Positions 19,796-28,922 of a stretch of DNA of 64,000 nt are shown piece by piece. The position numbers and the translations under genes were made by a program. The notes beneath the pieces were generated by a model. It had not been told where the DNA came from. It was given only the letters and a program-made list of their open reading frames with translations, and did not search any database. Origin of the DNA: Candidatus Latescibacterota bacterium (GTDB lineage: Bacteria; Latescibacterota; UBA2968); NCBI GenBank assembly GCA_965204375.1, contig OZ241986.1:2784001-2848000 (forward strand). The letters are read 5' to 3'. Within the stretch, counting starts at the first letter, position 1. Each line of letters begins with the position of its first letter.

Positions 19796-20587
19796 ATGCG
19801 TGTGCGTTTGGGCGTGGTGTCATACTTAAACACGCGGCCACTGGTTGAGGTGCTGCGCACGGGCGCGATTGATCGCGATTTCGAACTGATCTACGACGTA
19901 CCCTCGCGATGCGCCGAACGGCTGCACATGGGTGAAACCGATGTGGCATTGATCCCCGCAGTAGAAATTGGACGCGGACGTGATGCCTATCGGATAGTGC
20001 CCAATGTCGGCATTATTTCAAACGGGCCGGTTGGCAGCGTATTTATTGTACTGAACAAAGAACCCGAAGAAATTCAAACACTGGCTCTGGATCGCGGATC
20101 GCGCACATCAGCCGTGCTGGCGCAGATCGTACTGGCGCGACAATTCGGATGTCGGCCACAGGTATTTTTTCATCCCCCAGACATAGACGCAATGCTCAAA
20201 CGCGCCGATGCAGCCCTGTTGATTGGCGATCCCGCGCTTGCATTGCAACGCTATCGAATCCTGGACCTGGGCGAAATTTGGACACAGATGACAGGGTTGC
20301 CTTTTGTCTATGCCTGCTGGACCGGACGCCCCGATGCATTGACGCCATATCACATTGCCAAACTGATCGAAGCCAAAGAAAAAGGCAAGCTACTTATCCC
20401 CAGCATCGCAAAGGACTATGCCGCTGAAACCCGCACCCTGTCGCCCGCGTTTTATGCAGAATATCTAACCAGAAATATCCTCTACGATTTGGGCGATACC
20501 GAACTGGAAGGCTTGAAGCGATTTTATGCTTATGGTGTAGAACTCGGATTGATGGACGCAGTGCCAGATATCCGCTTCTATGTTTGA
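19796..20587 (+). CDS. mqnA: Chorismate dehydratase
   Basis: VSYLNTRPL, SRTS, LLIGDPAL and DLGEIW...TGLPFVYA motifs. Confidence 0.9.
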   Translation: MRVRLGVVSYLNTRPLVEVLRTGAIDRDFELIYDVPSRCAERLHMGETDVALIPAVEIGRGRDAYRIVPNVGIISNGPVGSVFIVLNKEPEEIQTLALDRGSRTSAVLAQIVLARQFGCRPQVFFHPPDIDAMLKRADAALLIGDPALALQRYRILDLGEIWTQMTGLPFVYACWTGRPDALTPYHIAKLIEAKEKGKLLIPSIAKDYAAETRTLSPAFYAEYLTRNILYDLGDTELEGLKRFYAYGVELGLMDAVPDIRFYV

Positions 20588-20641
20588 ATTTAAAAATCGG
20601 CAATAGGCCGGTTTTTTTTATCGAAAACTGGAGAACTTGTG

Positions 20642-21892
20642 ATGCCCGAAAAAAACAAACCAATTCGCGTGGGCGTCGTCGGCGTGGGACGCGGGCGATC
20701 ATTTATGCGGGCGGCAGCACCGACGGGGATGGAACTGGTTGCAATTTGCGATACCTGGGAAGAGCGACTAAGACCCGAAGGCAAAGCACTCGGTGTATCG
20801 ACTTATGGAGATTACCAAGCATTTTTGGAACACGATATGGATGCGGTGGTACTCGCCAATTATTTTCACGAACACGCGCCCTTTGCCGTTGAGGCACTGA
20901 ACGCGGGAAAACACGTCATGAGCGAAACCGCTGCCTGCCATACATTGGGCGAAGGCGTCGCACTTGCGCGGGCGGTAGAGCGCAGTGGTAAAATTTATAT
21001 GTTTGCCGAAAATTATCCCTATACGGCGTACAATCAGGAAATGAAGCGGCTCTACCAAAAAGGACACGTAGGAGAATTTAAATACGGAGAAGGCGAATAC
21101 GTGCATCCCGATCCACCGGAAGTAAAATTGGGGCGCAGTTGCGGGCGCAATCACTGGCGCAACTGGATTCCCTCGACCTATTATTGCACGCATTCGATTG
21201 CCCCCGTAATGTACATCACGGATACGCGCCCCGTGAAAGTGAACGGATTTGTCATACCCTACGATTTTGGCGACATGACCAAAACCCTGCATATGAACCG
21301 CGCGGATACGGCAGGCGTGATCATCTGCAGGATGGACAATGACGCCGTAATGAAATCTCTACACGGCGCGTTGCGCGGGCACGGCAATTACGTCAGAATC
21401 CACGGCAACAAGGGCGTGATGGAAAACTGTCGGAACGGCGATAAATATCGGCTGCGCGTGTGGAGAGAGCCGTGGGAAAAGCCAAAAGGAGAACCGGTAG
21501 AAACCGTTTACAGACCGGATTTCCCAGTGCATCACGATCGCGCAACACAAGCCGGGCATGGCGGCGGCGATTTTTTCACGAGTTACCATTTCGCCGAAGC
21601 AATTCGCACGGGCGAGCAACCCTACCTCGACGTGTATCGCGGCATCGACATGAGTATCGCCGGCATTCAAGCATGGCGATCGGCACTCAGTGATTCGGCA
21701 CCGATGGAAGTACCCAATTTCCGCGATGAATCCATAAGAAAAAAATACGAACGAGATGATTGGTCACCTGATCCCACGCGCAAAAAACCGGGACAACCAC
21801 CAAGCAGTATTCTGGGAGAAATCGAACCATCCGATGGCGCCAAAGCACTGGCAAAAAAAGTCTGGGCAAGCAGGGGATACTTTGGAGAGTGA
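20642..21892 (+). CDS. Gfo/Idh/MocA family oxidoreductase
   Basis: VGVVGVGRG, HVMSE, AENYPY, YYCTHS and GHGGGD motifs. Confidence 0.85.
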   Translation: MPEKNKPIRVGVVGVGRGRSFMRAAAPTGMELVAICDTWEERLRPEGKALGVSTYGDYQAFLEHDMDAVVLANYFHEHAPFAVEALNAGKHVMSETAACHTLGEGVALARAVERSGKIYMFAENYPYTAYNQEMKRLYQKGHVGEFKYGEGEYVHPDPPEVKLGRSCGRNHWRNWIPSTYYCTHSIAPVMYITDTRPVKVNGFVIPYDFGDMTKTLHMNRADTAGVIICRMDNDAVMKSLHGALRGHGNYVRIHGNKGVMENCRNGDKYRLRVWREPWEKPKGEPVETVYRPDFPVHHDRATQAGHGGGDFFTSYHFAEAIRTGEQPYLDVYRGIDMSIAGIQAWRSALSDSAPMEVPNFRDESIRKKYERDDWSPDPTRKKPGQPPSSILGEIEPSDGAKALAKKVWASRGYFGE

Positions 21893-21902
21893 GGATCTAA
21901 CC

Positions 21903-22295
21903 ATGATTGAAATAGCACAAGTAGCACTGGCGATTTACGGCATATTGTTAATTGTCGGAGGAATTATTGGGAAGGCGAAATCCGGGAGTTCAGCCTCCCT
22001 ATTCGCTGGCGCAATCTGCGGTATTGTTGCACTCGTTGGATACTGGCAAAGCCTGAGCGATCCCGCCGTTGGATTTTTGACCGGCGGATTGGTCGGCTTG
22101 TTGCTCACGGGCATATTTATGAGCCGATTTGTCCGCACGCGAAAATTTATGCCCGCGGGATTGGTCCTGCTGCTCAGTCTTCTGGTGGGTATTTTGACAA
22201 TGATGGCGAGACAGGAATACCTGTTAAATCGTGATAAACCAGCGGGAGAACTGACAAAAAAGGGCCAGGAACAATGTCCCTGGCCCAACGTCTGA
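21903..22295 (+). CDS. TMEM14-family small membrane protein
   Basis: YGILLIVGGIIG..KSGS..SL.AG...RF..TRKFMPAG; four hydrophobic segments. Confidence 0.85.
   Translation: MIEIAQVALAIYGILLIVGGIIGKAKSGSSASLFAGAICGIVALVGYWQSLSDPAVGFLTGGLVGLLLTGIFMSRFVRTRKFMPAGLVLLLSLLVGILTMMARQEYLLNRDKPAGELTKKGQEQCPWPNV
22256..22286 (-). terminator. Rho-independent terminator on the minus strand
   Basis: GGGCCAGGGACA-TTG-TTCCTGGCCC followed by a T-run on the minus strand. Confidence 0.6.
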
Positions 22296-22512
22296 AGGGT
22301 CACAGCCTGAAAATCAGGCGTTCACCTCCGAGTTAAAATGTTTCACATTAACCTCCTTTCGATATGCGCAACTCAGCTTCCGGAAAGCGTTTTGCGCGGT
22401 GGATGCCAATATATTAGCAAACCGCACCAACCCGTTGGTCCGGTTACATAAACACCTGAATGGATGCAGTTTTTCAGAAACGCAGTGTATTTTTATCGCG
22501 TCTTTTCCAACC

Positions 22513-22546
22513 AAAAACGCCTGAGCGTCGCGCCCAGGCGTTTTTT
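22513..22546 (-). terminator. Terminator hairpin directly after the sigma region-4 gene
   Basis: AAAAACGCCTG...CAGGCGTTTTT. Confidence 0.75.
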
Positions 22547-22919
22547 AATTTGTGATGGCAATGCCGTGTTTGCGGCAGAGCTTGCGAAGTTTTTTCACAG
22601 CACCGCCTATGGATTTTCCATTTCGCGTAATACCGAACAAGTGCTGGCTGACCACCCGGCGCGAAATACCCATAATCTCGGAGATTTCCCGCTGGGTCTT
22701 GCCGTATTTGAAATACAAAACAGCAGCTTCAAATTGTCTTTGCGTAAGCGATCGATTTAAGAGCGTATCGATCTGTGGAATGAGACGTCTAACCCGATCT
22801 TCATATTTATAGCGCAAATTCTGGTCTTCGGGCGACTCGTACCACAGGCCAACATCATCCGGCATCATTTCCAGATCTGATTGATCTAATTGAACTTCCC
22901 AAAAATCAGGATTATACAT
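22545..22919 (-). CDS. Stand-alone sigma-70 region-4-like HTH protein
   Basis: LTQRQFEAAVLYFKYGKTQREISEIMGISRRVVSQHL; only 124 aa, with no region 2 evident. Confidence 0.75.
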   Translation of the reverse strand: MYNPDFWEVQLDQSDLEMMPDDVGLWYESPEDQNLRYKYEDRVRRLIPQIDTLLNRSLTQRQFEAAVLYFKYGKTQREISEIMGISRRVVSQHLFGITRNGKSIGGAVKKLRKLCRKHGIAITN

Positions 22920-23040
22920 ATGTCCGTTCGTCTCCTCCAGGGAATGAATATGTCGGGCGAAAAACCACCATACATACCAGACCCGCGGCTCCGGAGAGAC
23001 GATAAAACTGCGACGGACAGATAGTGAATGACCGAAGCAG

Positions 23041-23103
23041 CTACCTCACCGGAGGCGAACCGGGTATGTTATTTGTCGTAAATGCGAAAATTAAAGCCTC
23101 CAT
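23041..23103 (-). CDS. Putative 20-aa leader peptide MEALIFAFTTNNIPGSPPVR
   Basis: Strong GAAAGGAGG SD 5 nt before the ATG at 23103; TAG stop at 23043-23041; lies upstream of the sigma-4 gene. Confidence 0.4.
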   Translation of the reverse strand: MEALIFAFTTNNIPGSPPVR

Positions 23104-23225
23104 GTTGCCTCCTTTCAAATAGACATACATAAACGATCACCTGCAAAATTGCGGAACTCTTACTGCATTGTCAAGACATACTTCTTCGCCCTTACACCGG
23201 CATGGATGCACTTTTGGGTGCTCTA

Positions 23226-24557
23226 TCAAAAAGATTTTTTCTTTCTCAATTCATCCCACCAATCCATAAGCGCGCGAATGTGTTTTTCATAACCGCGATC
23301 TGTGGGATGATAATAGGTGCGGTCTCTCAAATTATCGGGAAGATACACTTGATCAACATATCCATCTGGATCGTCATGTGCATATTGATACCCCTTGCCG
23401 TAATCGAGATCTTTCATAAGCTTTGTCGGCGCATTGCGAATATGCAGAGGCACGGGCAAATTGGGATGCTTTTCAACATCGGAAAGTGCGTTATTATACG
23501 CGGCATAAACAGCATTGCTCTTGGGGGCTGTGGCGAGATAAACCGTCGCCTGAGCAATAGCTAAATCGCCCTCGGGACTGCCCAGAAAGTCGTAGGACTC
23601 GCGGGCATTGAGCGCAACTTGCAAAGCGCGCGGATCGGCAGTGCCCACATCTTCAGAAGCAAAGCGAATCATACGCCTCAAAATATAATGCGGATGCTCA
23701 CCAGACGCCATCATACGCGCGAGCCAATACAGTGAGGCCTGAGGATCGCTGCCGCGGAGACTCTTGTGAAAAGCCGAAATGATATTGTAGTGCTCTTCCC
23801 CTGTCTTATCGTAAAGATGAGCCTTGCGACCGAGAATTTCGCGCACCGTTTCTGGCGTGGGTTCGCAACCTGTAGCTTCAACAGCCGCAGCAACCGTTTC
23901 AAGCGCGTTTAGAGACCGACGGGCATCGCCCTCCGCAGTTTCGGCAATCAGATCCAAAGCCTGGTCATCAATCTGCAAATCGGGAAACCCGTGTTCCGAA
24001 TCGGCAATTGCGCGGTCCAGCACCTGGCGAATATGGGACGTATCGAGCAAATTGAGCACAAAAACGCGAGTGCGTGAAAGCAGGGCTGAATTGACCTCAA
24101 AAGAGGGATTCTCAGTCGTGGCACCAATGAGCGTAATAACACCATTTTCGACATGGGGCAGAAAAGCATCTTGCTGCGCTTTGTTAAAACGGTGAATCTC
24201 ATCCACAAAAAAAATCGTACGCCTGCCCAGGCGTAGCTCTTCTCGCGCTCGCGCAATAATCTCCCGCGCCTCCTTGATACCTGCAGTAACCGCGCTAAAA
24301 GACACAAAACGACTCTGCGTCGTACCGGCAATAACCCGAGCCAGCGTTGTCTTGCCCGAACCCGGTGGTCCCCAAAAAATCATGGACGGCAAGCGGTCAC
24401 TCTCGATAAGCACGCGAAGGGGCGCACCCGGTCCAACGAGGTGATCCTGTCCCACAATATCGTCCAGCACCTCGGGACGCAGGCGTTCGGCTAAAGGCGC
24501 GCCAGCCATCTCCTGTTCGGTTTGCGACACGGGTTTTAAAAAAAGGTCTTCATTCAT
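23226..24557 (-). CDS. rarA: Replication-associated recombination protein A (RarA/MgsA)
   Basis: PLAERLRP, WGPPGSGKTT, VDEIHRFNKAQQD, GATTENPSF and SAFHKSLRGSD motifs. Confidence 0.96.
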   Translation of the reverse strand: MNEDLFLKPVSQTEQEMAGAPLAERLRPEVLDDIVGQDHLVGPGAPLRVLIESDRLPSMIFWGPPGSGKTTLARVIAGTTQSRFVSFSAVTAGIKEAREIIARAREELRLGRRTIFFVDEIHRFNKAQQDAFLPHVENGVITLIGATTENPSFEVNSALLSRTRVFVLNLLDTSHIRQVLDRAIADSEHGFPDLQIDDQALDLIAETAEGDARRSLNALETVAAAVEATGCEPTPETVREILGRKAHLYDKTGEEHYNIISAFHKSLRGSDPQASLYWLARMMASGEHPHYILRRMIRFASEDVGTADPRALQVALNARESYDFLGSPEGDLAIAQATVYLATAPKSNAVYAAYNNALSDVEKHPNLPVPLHIRNAPTKLMKDLDYGKGYQYAHDDPDGYVDQVYLPDNLRDRTYYHPTDRGYEKHIRALMDWWDELRKKKSF

Positions 24558-24841
24558 AGCTCTCACCTCTCGCCAAAATATACTCAGATTCCCTTACTTT
24601 CGCCAATACTCGGAAAAGTGCTTGTGAGCGTATCTATATTCACTATTTTGAAGCCTATTCTCGCGTTTGGGTTGGACACTCTGACTGCTGACCACTTGGC
24701 GGAGTGGTGGCAGGCTGGCCTTCTCACTTTTCCATAGCTATACAAATTTATGTTGACCTCGGCACTTTCGTTTCTTACGATAGCACCGGATGTTACATAA
24801 AGAGACATACGCAACGCTTTGAAACACTGCGAGATATCAAT

Positions 24842-25045
24842 ATGCCGATTCAGATTGACAATGTAACCTATTATTCAGCAACCGAAGTGATAGGTGATTT
24901 GAATGTGTCACGCCAAACGCTCTGGCGGTGGCGAAATGAGGGCAAAGTTCCAGCCGGGCATCGGTATCGTAACAGGAGTGTTCTTTTCACCTCTGCTGAG
25001 GCCGAAGAGATTCGCCAGTTTGCCAATCGAATTGAACCTATATGA
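24842..25045 (+). CDS. Small excisionase/MerR-like HTH DNA-binding protein
   Basis: YYSATEVIGDLNVSRQTLWRWRNEGKVP; its stop overlaps the next start (ATGA). Confidence 0.75.
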   Translation: MPIQIDNVTYYSATEVIGDLNVSRQTLWRWRNEGKVPAGHRYRNRSVLFTSAEAEEIRQFANRIEPI

Positions 25046-26151
25046 CTCAGCAATTACCACATTCAAATCAACTTGATATTGCGACACTGAGCGGATTATT
25101 CAGGCATACGACCAATTCATACAAGTATCTCTTTTTCTTTTCGCTACTGACTTTGTTAAAGGATAGAAATTTAGAGCTTGATAACGGCATCCTATTGAAA
25201 GATATAGAGATTGAGATGCTGGTTACTGCCTGGTATCCACAGGTCTTTTTTAAACTGTCATTTGGCACTCAGGACCAAATTTCTTCAGCTTTGCAATTGA
25301 TTCCACCTATTGACAATGATCAAAATGTGTTGTCTAAGACGGGGCGCAATAAGTTGCGAAGACATCTTGCCTTTTATGGTGAAGTTCTGGATTACAAATT
25401 GATGCGTTATGTCCCCCACCGGATTTTGCGCTCGTTTTTTGCTGTAGAAACCAGAGGTATGCCGGATCAAAAGGTAAACCGGGAAGTTTCCAAACTCGCT
25501 GCCGAACAGTTTTATGATCGACGCCCACTTTTCCGTTTTGATGATTCTGAGGAATGTATCTTTTTGCATCCAGACTGGATCGTTTATTTAGAGCAACATC
25601 TAACAATTCTTGAAGGTTGGACACTGTGGCATTGGGCAGATTATATGCAGCGACGCAACCCGGGTATTCCTGCTGTAACGCGAAAATTATTTCCGCCAGA
25701 TAAGAGAGAGTCTCTTAATGCACAGCGAAAGTTTTGGGATACTGTTATTGACAAAACGAATATTCGATGTATTTACACTGGAAAAAAGCTGGATCACGGT
25801 TATGATTTGGATCACTTTTTGCCCTGGAAGTTTGTAGCGCACAATCAGTTGTGGAATCTCATTCCCGTTGATCCCCGCGCAAATAGTTCTAAAAGCGACC
25901 ATCTTCCATCAGAAATCTACATTGATCGCTTGGCTGAAACCCAGCGCGCTGCGCTGTCTATCGCCCGAGATAGTTTTAGCAATAACAAATGGAAAAAAGA
26001 CGTGGAGCCTTATATTGCAGATCTGCATATTGAAAAGCCCGAGGACACTCTGGATTTTGAAAAATTGAGATTTTCCTATCGCAGAACCCTGGAGCCTCTT
26101 ATATCAATTGCAGAGCAGCAAGGATTTCACTGCGGGTGGACTTATGGATGA
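25042..26151 (+). CDS. HNH endonuclease domain protein with a large N-terminal domain
   Basis: CIYTG...LDHFLPW...LWNLIP...ANSSKSD HNH motif; N-terminal TNSYK motif. Confidence 0.85.
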   Translation: MTQQLPHSNQLDIATLSGLFRHTTNSYKYLFFFSLLTLLKDRNLELDNGILLKDIEIEMLVTAWYPQVFFKLSFGTQDQISSALQLIPPIDNDQNVLSKTGRNKLRRHLAFYGEVLDYKLMRYVPHRILRSFFAVETRGMPDQKVNREVSKLAAEQFYDRRPLFRFDDSEECIFLHPDWIVYLEQHLTILEGWTLWHWADYMQRRNPGIPAVTRKLFPPDKRESLNAQRKFWDTVIDKTNIRCIYTGKKLDHGYDLDHFLPWKFVAHNQLWNLIPVDPRANSSKSDHLPSEIYIDRLAETQRAALSIARDSFSNNKWKKDVEPYIADLHIEKPEDTLDFEKLRFSYRRTLEPLISIAEQQGFHCGWTYG

Positions 26152-26212
26152 ACCTTCTACACTATCACTAAAGTGGGGTGACTCCAGATCGTCCCATCAC
26201 AGGAGCGTCCTA

Positions 26213-27466
26213 ATGAAAAACGAATTCATACCAGCACTGAGAGCTTGCATGGGCGATTGGATCTACTATGTCACATTCTTACGGATGGAGCAAATCGTAG
26301 ATCGAATCAGCATTGCTCAGGAAATCCATTCGAGCAAAGTGCTCAAGGACATGGTTCAGGCTCAGATTACTGACAGATCCAAACAAATCTCTGACTACCT
26401 GTTAAAACAGCCTCAGCGATTCTTCAATGCTCTCATCGTTGGAGTTTATGGCGGTTCGCCAGATTGGTATGAATTGGATATTAGAACAAATCACCTGTTT
26501 GATGCAGAGGCTCTTCCGAGAGAGTTGGACGGTGTTCTCGGTTTTCTGCGGCTTGATGGGACGGAAACCCTTTTTGCAATTGACGGGCAACATCGCGTCG
26601 AGGGAATTAAACAGGCACTTCAAGAGAATGCTGAATTAAAACAAGAAGAAGTTAGCACTATCTTTGTTGCCCACCGGAATGATCCGGTCGGTATGGAGCG
26701 AACACGCCGTCTTTTTACGACCTTGAACAGGTATGCCAAACCCGTTAGTAAAAGTGAAATCGTCGCGCTGGATGAGGACGATATCCTCGCAATCACGACG
26801 CGGGAATTGGTTGAAAAACATCCCCTCTTTCAAGAGAAAATATCACTCTCAAAAACGAAGGCAGTTGCCGTTCGGGATAACAGAAGTTTTACAACGATCA
26901 TTACTCTTTATGATGTCTTGGAAATTTTATTCCGTACAAAAGGAAGGGGATGGACTGACTTCAAACGGCACCGTCCGGATGATGATGAGATATCTGAATT
27001 TTATGCCAAAAGCACAAGCTTCTGGGACACAATGATTGAATATTTTCCACCCTTAGGAGAAGTTCAAGTGAGTCAACCCGGTGAGGATATTGCGGGACGT
27101 TATCGCCATCGAGAAGGGGGACATTTGCTATTCAGACCTGTTGGGCTTTTGATTATTGCTCACGTTGTCAGGCAAGCGAAGGATTCGGGTTTATCTGAAA
27201 AAGAAGCCATTAAACGGATCTCAGAAATTTCAATGGAACTGACGGATGATCCATGGGTTGGTTTGCTATGGGACAATACCAATCACCGAATGATCAGCGA
27301 AACGACTCGCCAAAAGGTTGCGAAGTACCTTCTTTTTTATATGATTGGGGGCAATCTGAGTGAAATGAAAACAAGCACTGATGGTCTCCAACAGGAATAT
27401 GCAGGGCTACTCAACAGAGCTAAATCCGAAGTGGATTTAGCTAGATACTACTCATCTCTTCCCTAA
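26213..27466 (+). CDS. DGQHR-domain protein (DndB-like, ParB/Srx superfamily)
   Basis: FAIDGQHRVEGI, RFFNALIVG and RRLFTTLNRYAKPVS motifs; AGGAG SD. An alternative start at 26144 overlaps the HNH stop. Confidence 0.88.
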   Translation: MKNEFIPALRACMGDWIYYVTFLRMEQIVDRISIAQEIHSSKVLKDMVQAQITDRSKQISDYLLKQPQRFFNALIVGVYGGSPDWYELDIRTNHLFDAEALPRELDGVLGFLRLDGTETLFAIDGQHRVEGIKQALQENAELKQEEVSTIFVAHRNDPVGMERTRRLFTTLNRYAKPVSKSEIVALDEDDILAITTRELVEKHPLFQEKISLSKTKAVAVRDNRSFTTIITLYDVLEILFRTKGRGWTDFKRHRPDDDEISEFYAKSTSFWDTMIEYFPPLGEVQVSQPGEDIAGRYRHREGGHLLFRPVGLLIIAHVVRQAKDSGLSEKEAIKRISEISMELTDDPWVGLLWDNTNHRMISETTRQKVAKYLLFYMIGGNLSEMKTSTDGLQQEYAGLLNRAKSEVDLARYYSSLP

Positions 27467-27520
27467 AACTGTGATATCTTAACTCGCCGTTGGTAAATCG
27501 AAATAATTAAAAAAAATGAA

Positions 27521-27550
27521 AAGCTCGGTGGGATGTATCCACCGGGTTTT
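27521..27550. repeat. REP-like palindrome, copy 1
   Basis: AAGCTCGGTGGGATGTATCCACCGGGTTTT; near-identical to 28812-28842. Confidence 0.6.
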
Positions 27551-27875
27551 TGTTTTAGAGAGCATAAAACAGAATCCGAAAATGAGTAAAAAAGAATTCG
27601 CATCAGACCGCTATTTTTTTTAATGTAAAAATCTTTCACGATACCCATCATTCATGGATCAAAACGTACACTTTTGTATTCCGGTGCGTTCCGTTTGTAT
27701 GTGCCTCCAAAGGCGATCCGTACATTCAAGTTAAGGGCGTAATACAGCATATTAAAAGCATGATGAGGGGTACTTGAGCTTCTGTTCATATAATTTATCG
27801 CGCCATTCTGTGATGTTGGCGCGATATTTGCTTTGTGTCTGATAAAATTCACCCATCAGACATAGGGCATTTCAC

Positions 27876-28769
27876 ATGGCCGAATATGACTCTGTCTCCA
27901 AAGATCTCATACAGACCTATCCCAAAGACTTCATCCGACTCACATTTGGACAGGACGATGTAGAAGTCATAGACATATTTGACACAGAGCAAAACACGGT
28001 TGATACACGACATACCGATAGCCTCATCCGCGTCCATATCGCGGGCAAGGAGGCATTGGTGCATCACGAGTTTCAAACCACTGACGATCCATCTATGCCG
28101 CTGCGCATGGCGGGCTATATTATACGTGCGATAGAGCGTCACAACTTGCCGATTTATTCCAGTGTGATCTATTTGCGGCGCAGTGCGGGTCGGCGCGATC
28201 CGGGGTACTTTATTCATGAAATATCCGGCCGTCCCGTTTTGATGGAATACACAGTGATTCGGCTGGGAGAGATAGAGGGACAGGATATTATAGATGGTGG
28301 ACCTTCGGGCTTATTTCCGTTTGCATCGTTGATGAAACGTCCTGCTGGGATAGATTCGGAGGCGTGGTTACATCACTGTGTTGACGCGACAAATGCCTTG
28401 CCGGTGGATGAATCAATAAAGGTTGACTTTTTGGGCAGGTTGATGATATTGAGTGGGTTAGAGTATGATCCGAGACTGATCAATCGTATTCTATTACAGG
28501 AGGGTCTTATGGATGCTATTATGCGCGAGTCATCGTTTGCACAATACATTAAGCAACTGGGTATTGAGCAAGGTATTGAGCAAGGGGAAAGAAGAAGCAC
28601 GATCGAAGCGATCCTCGAAGTGTTGGAGATTCGATTTGACCTGAGCGAAGCGCACCCCTTATCCGTTCGCATTGCCGCCATTGACGATTTGCAACGCCTG
28701 AAGCAGTTGCTCCGCACGGCGATCCAGATATCCAGCCTTGAGGCATTTGAGCAAACGTTGGATGCGTGA
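27876..28769 (+). CDS. Rpn-family (recombination-promoting nuclease/putative transposase) PD-(D/E)XK protein
   Basis: YDSVSKDL, TDSL...HHEFQ, MPLRMAGY motifs and C-terminal GIEQGIEQG repeats. Confidence 0.85.
   Translation: MAEYDSVSKDLIQTYPKDFIRLTFGQDDVEVIDIFDTEQNTVDTRHTDSLIRVHIAGKEALVHHEFQTTDDPSMPLRMAGYIIRAIERHNLPIYSSVIYLRRSAGRRDPGYFIHEISGRPVLMEYTVIRLGEIEGQDIIDGGPSGLFPFASLMKRPAGIDSEAWLHHCVDATNALPVDESIKVDFLGRLMILSGLEYDPRLINRILLQEGLMDAIMRESSFAQYIKQLGIEQGIEQGERRSTIEAILEVLEIRFDLSEAHPLSVRIAAIDDLQRLKQLLRTAIQISSLEAFEQTLDA
28509..28769 (+). CDS. Putative internally initiated small Rpn (RpnS-like antitoxin), 86 aa
   Basis: In-frame ATG at 28509 preceded by AGGAGG (28498-28503) at a 5-nt spacing, inside rpn. 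Confidence 0.55.
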   Translation: MDAIMRESSFAQYIKQLGIEQGIEQGERRSTIEAILEVLEIRFDLSEAHPLSVRIAAIDDLQRLKQLLRTAIQISSLEAFEQTLDA

Positions 28770-28811
28770 CGCGATTATATATGGAATTTTGGAATTTTGA
28801 ACTATATGAAT

Positions 28812-28842
28812 AAGCCCAGTGGGATGTATCCAGTGGGCTTTT
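28812..28842. repeat. REP-like palindrome, copy 2 (may act as a terminator)
   Basis: AAGCCCAGTGGGATGTATCCAGTGGGCTTTT. Confidence 0.6.
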
Positions 28843-28922
28843 ATTTTCGAGAACATCATTCAGCAAAGTAAAAAGATGAGTACGCACAGCACAACGTTAG
28901 TATAGCCTGGAGTAAGGGCCCT

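Noticed and set aside
5028-27466. queE plus the DGQHR gene as a 7-deazaguanine (Dpd) DNA-modification system
   Set aside because: They are ~20 kb apart with housekeeping genes between them, and no dpdA, queC, queD or folE is adjacent. queE is more simply explained by queuosine synthesis.
24600-28900. Prophage or integrative element, suggested by the excisionase-like HTH
   Set aside because: No integrase, phage structural genes, tRNA target or att-like direct repeats were seen.
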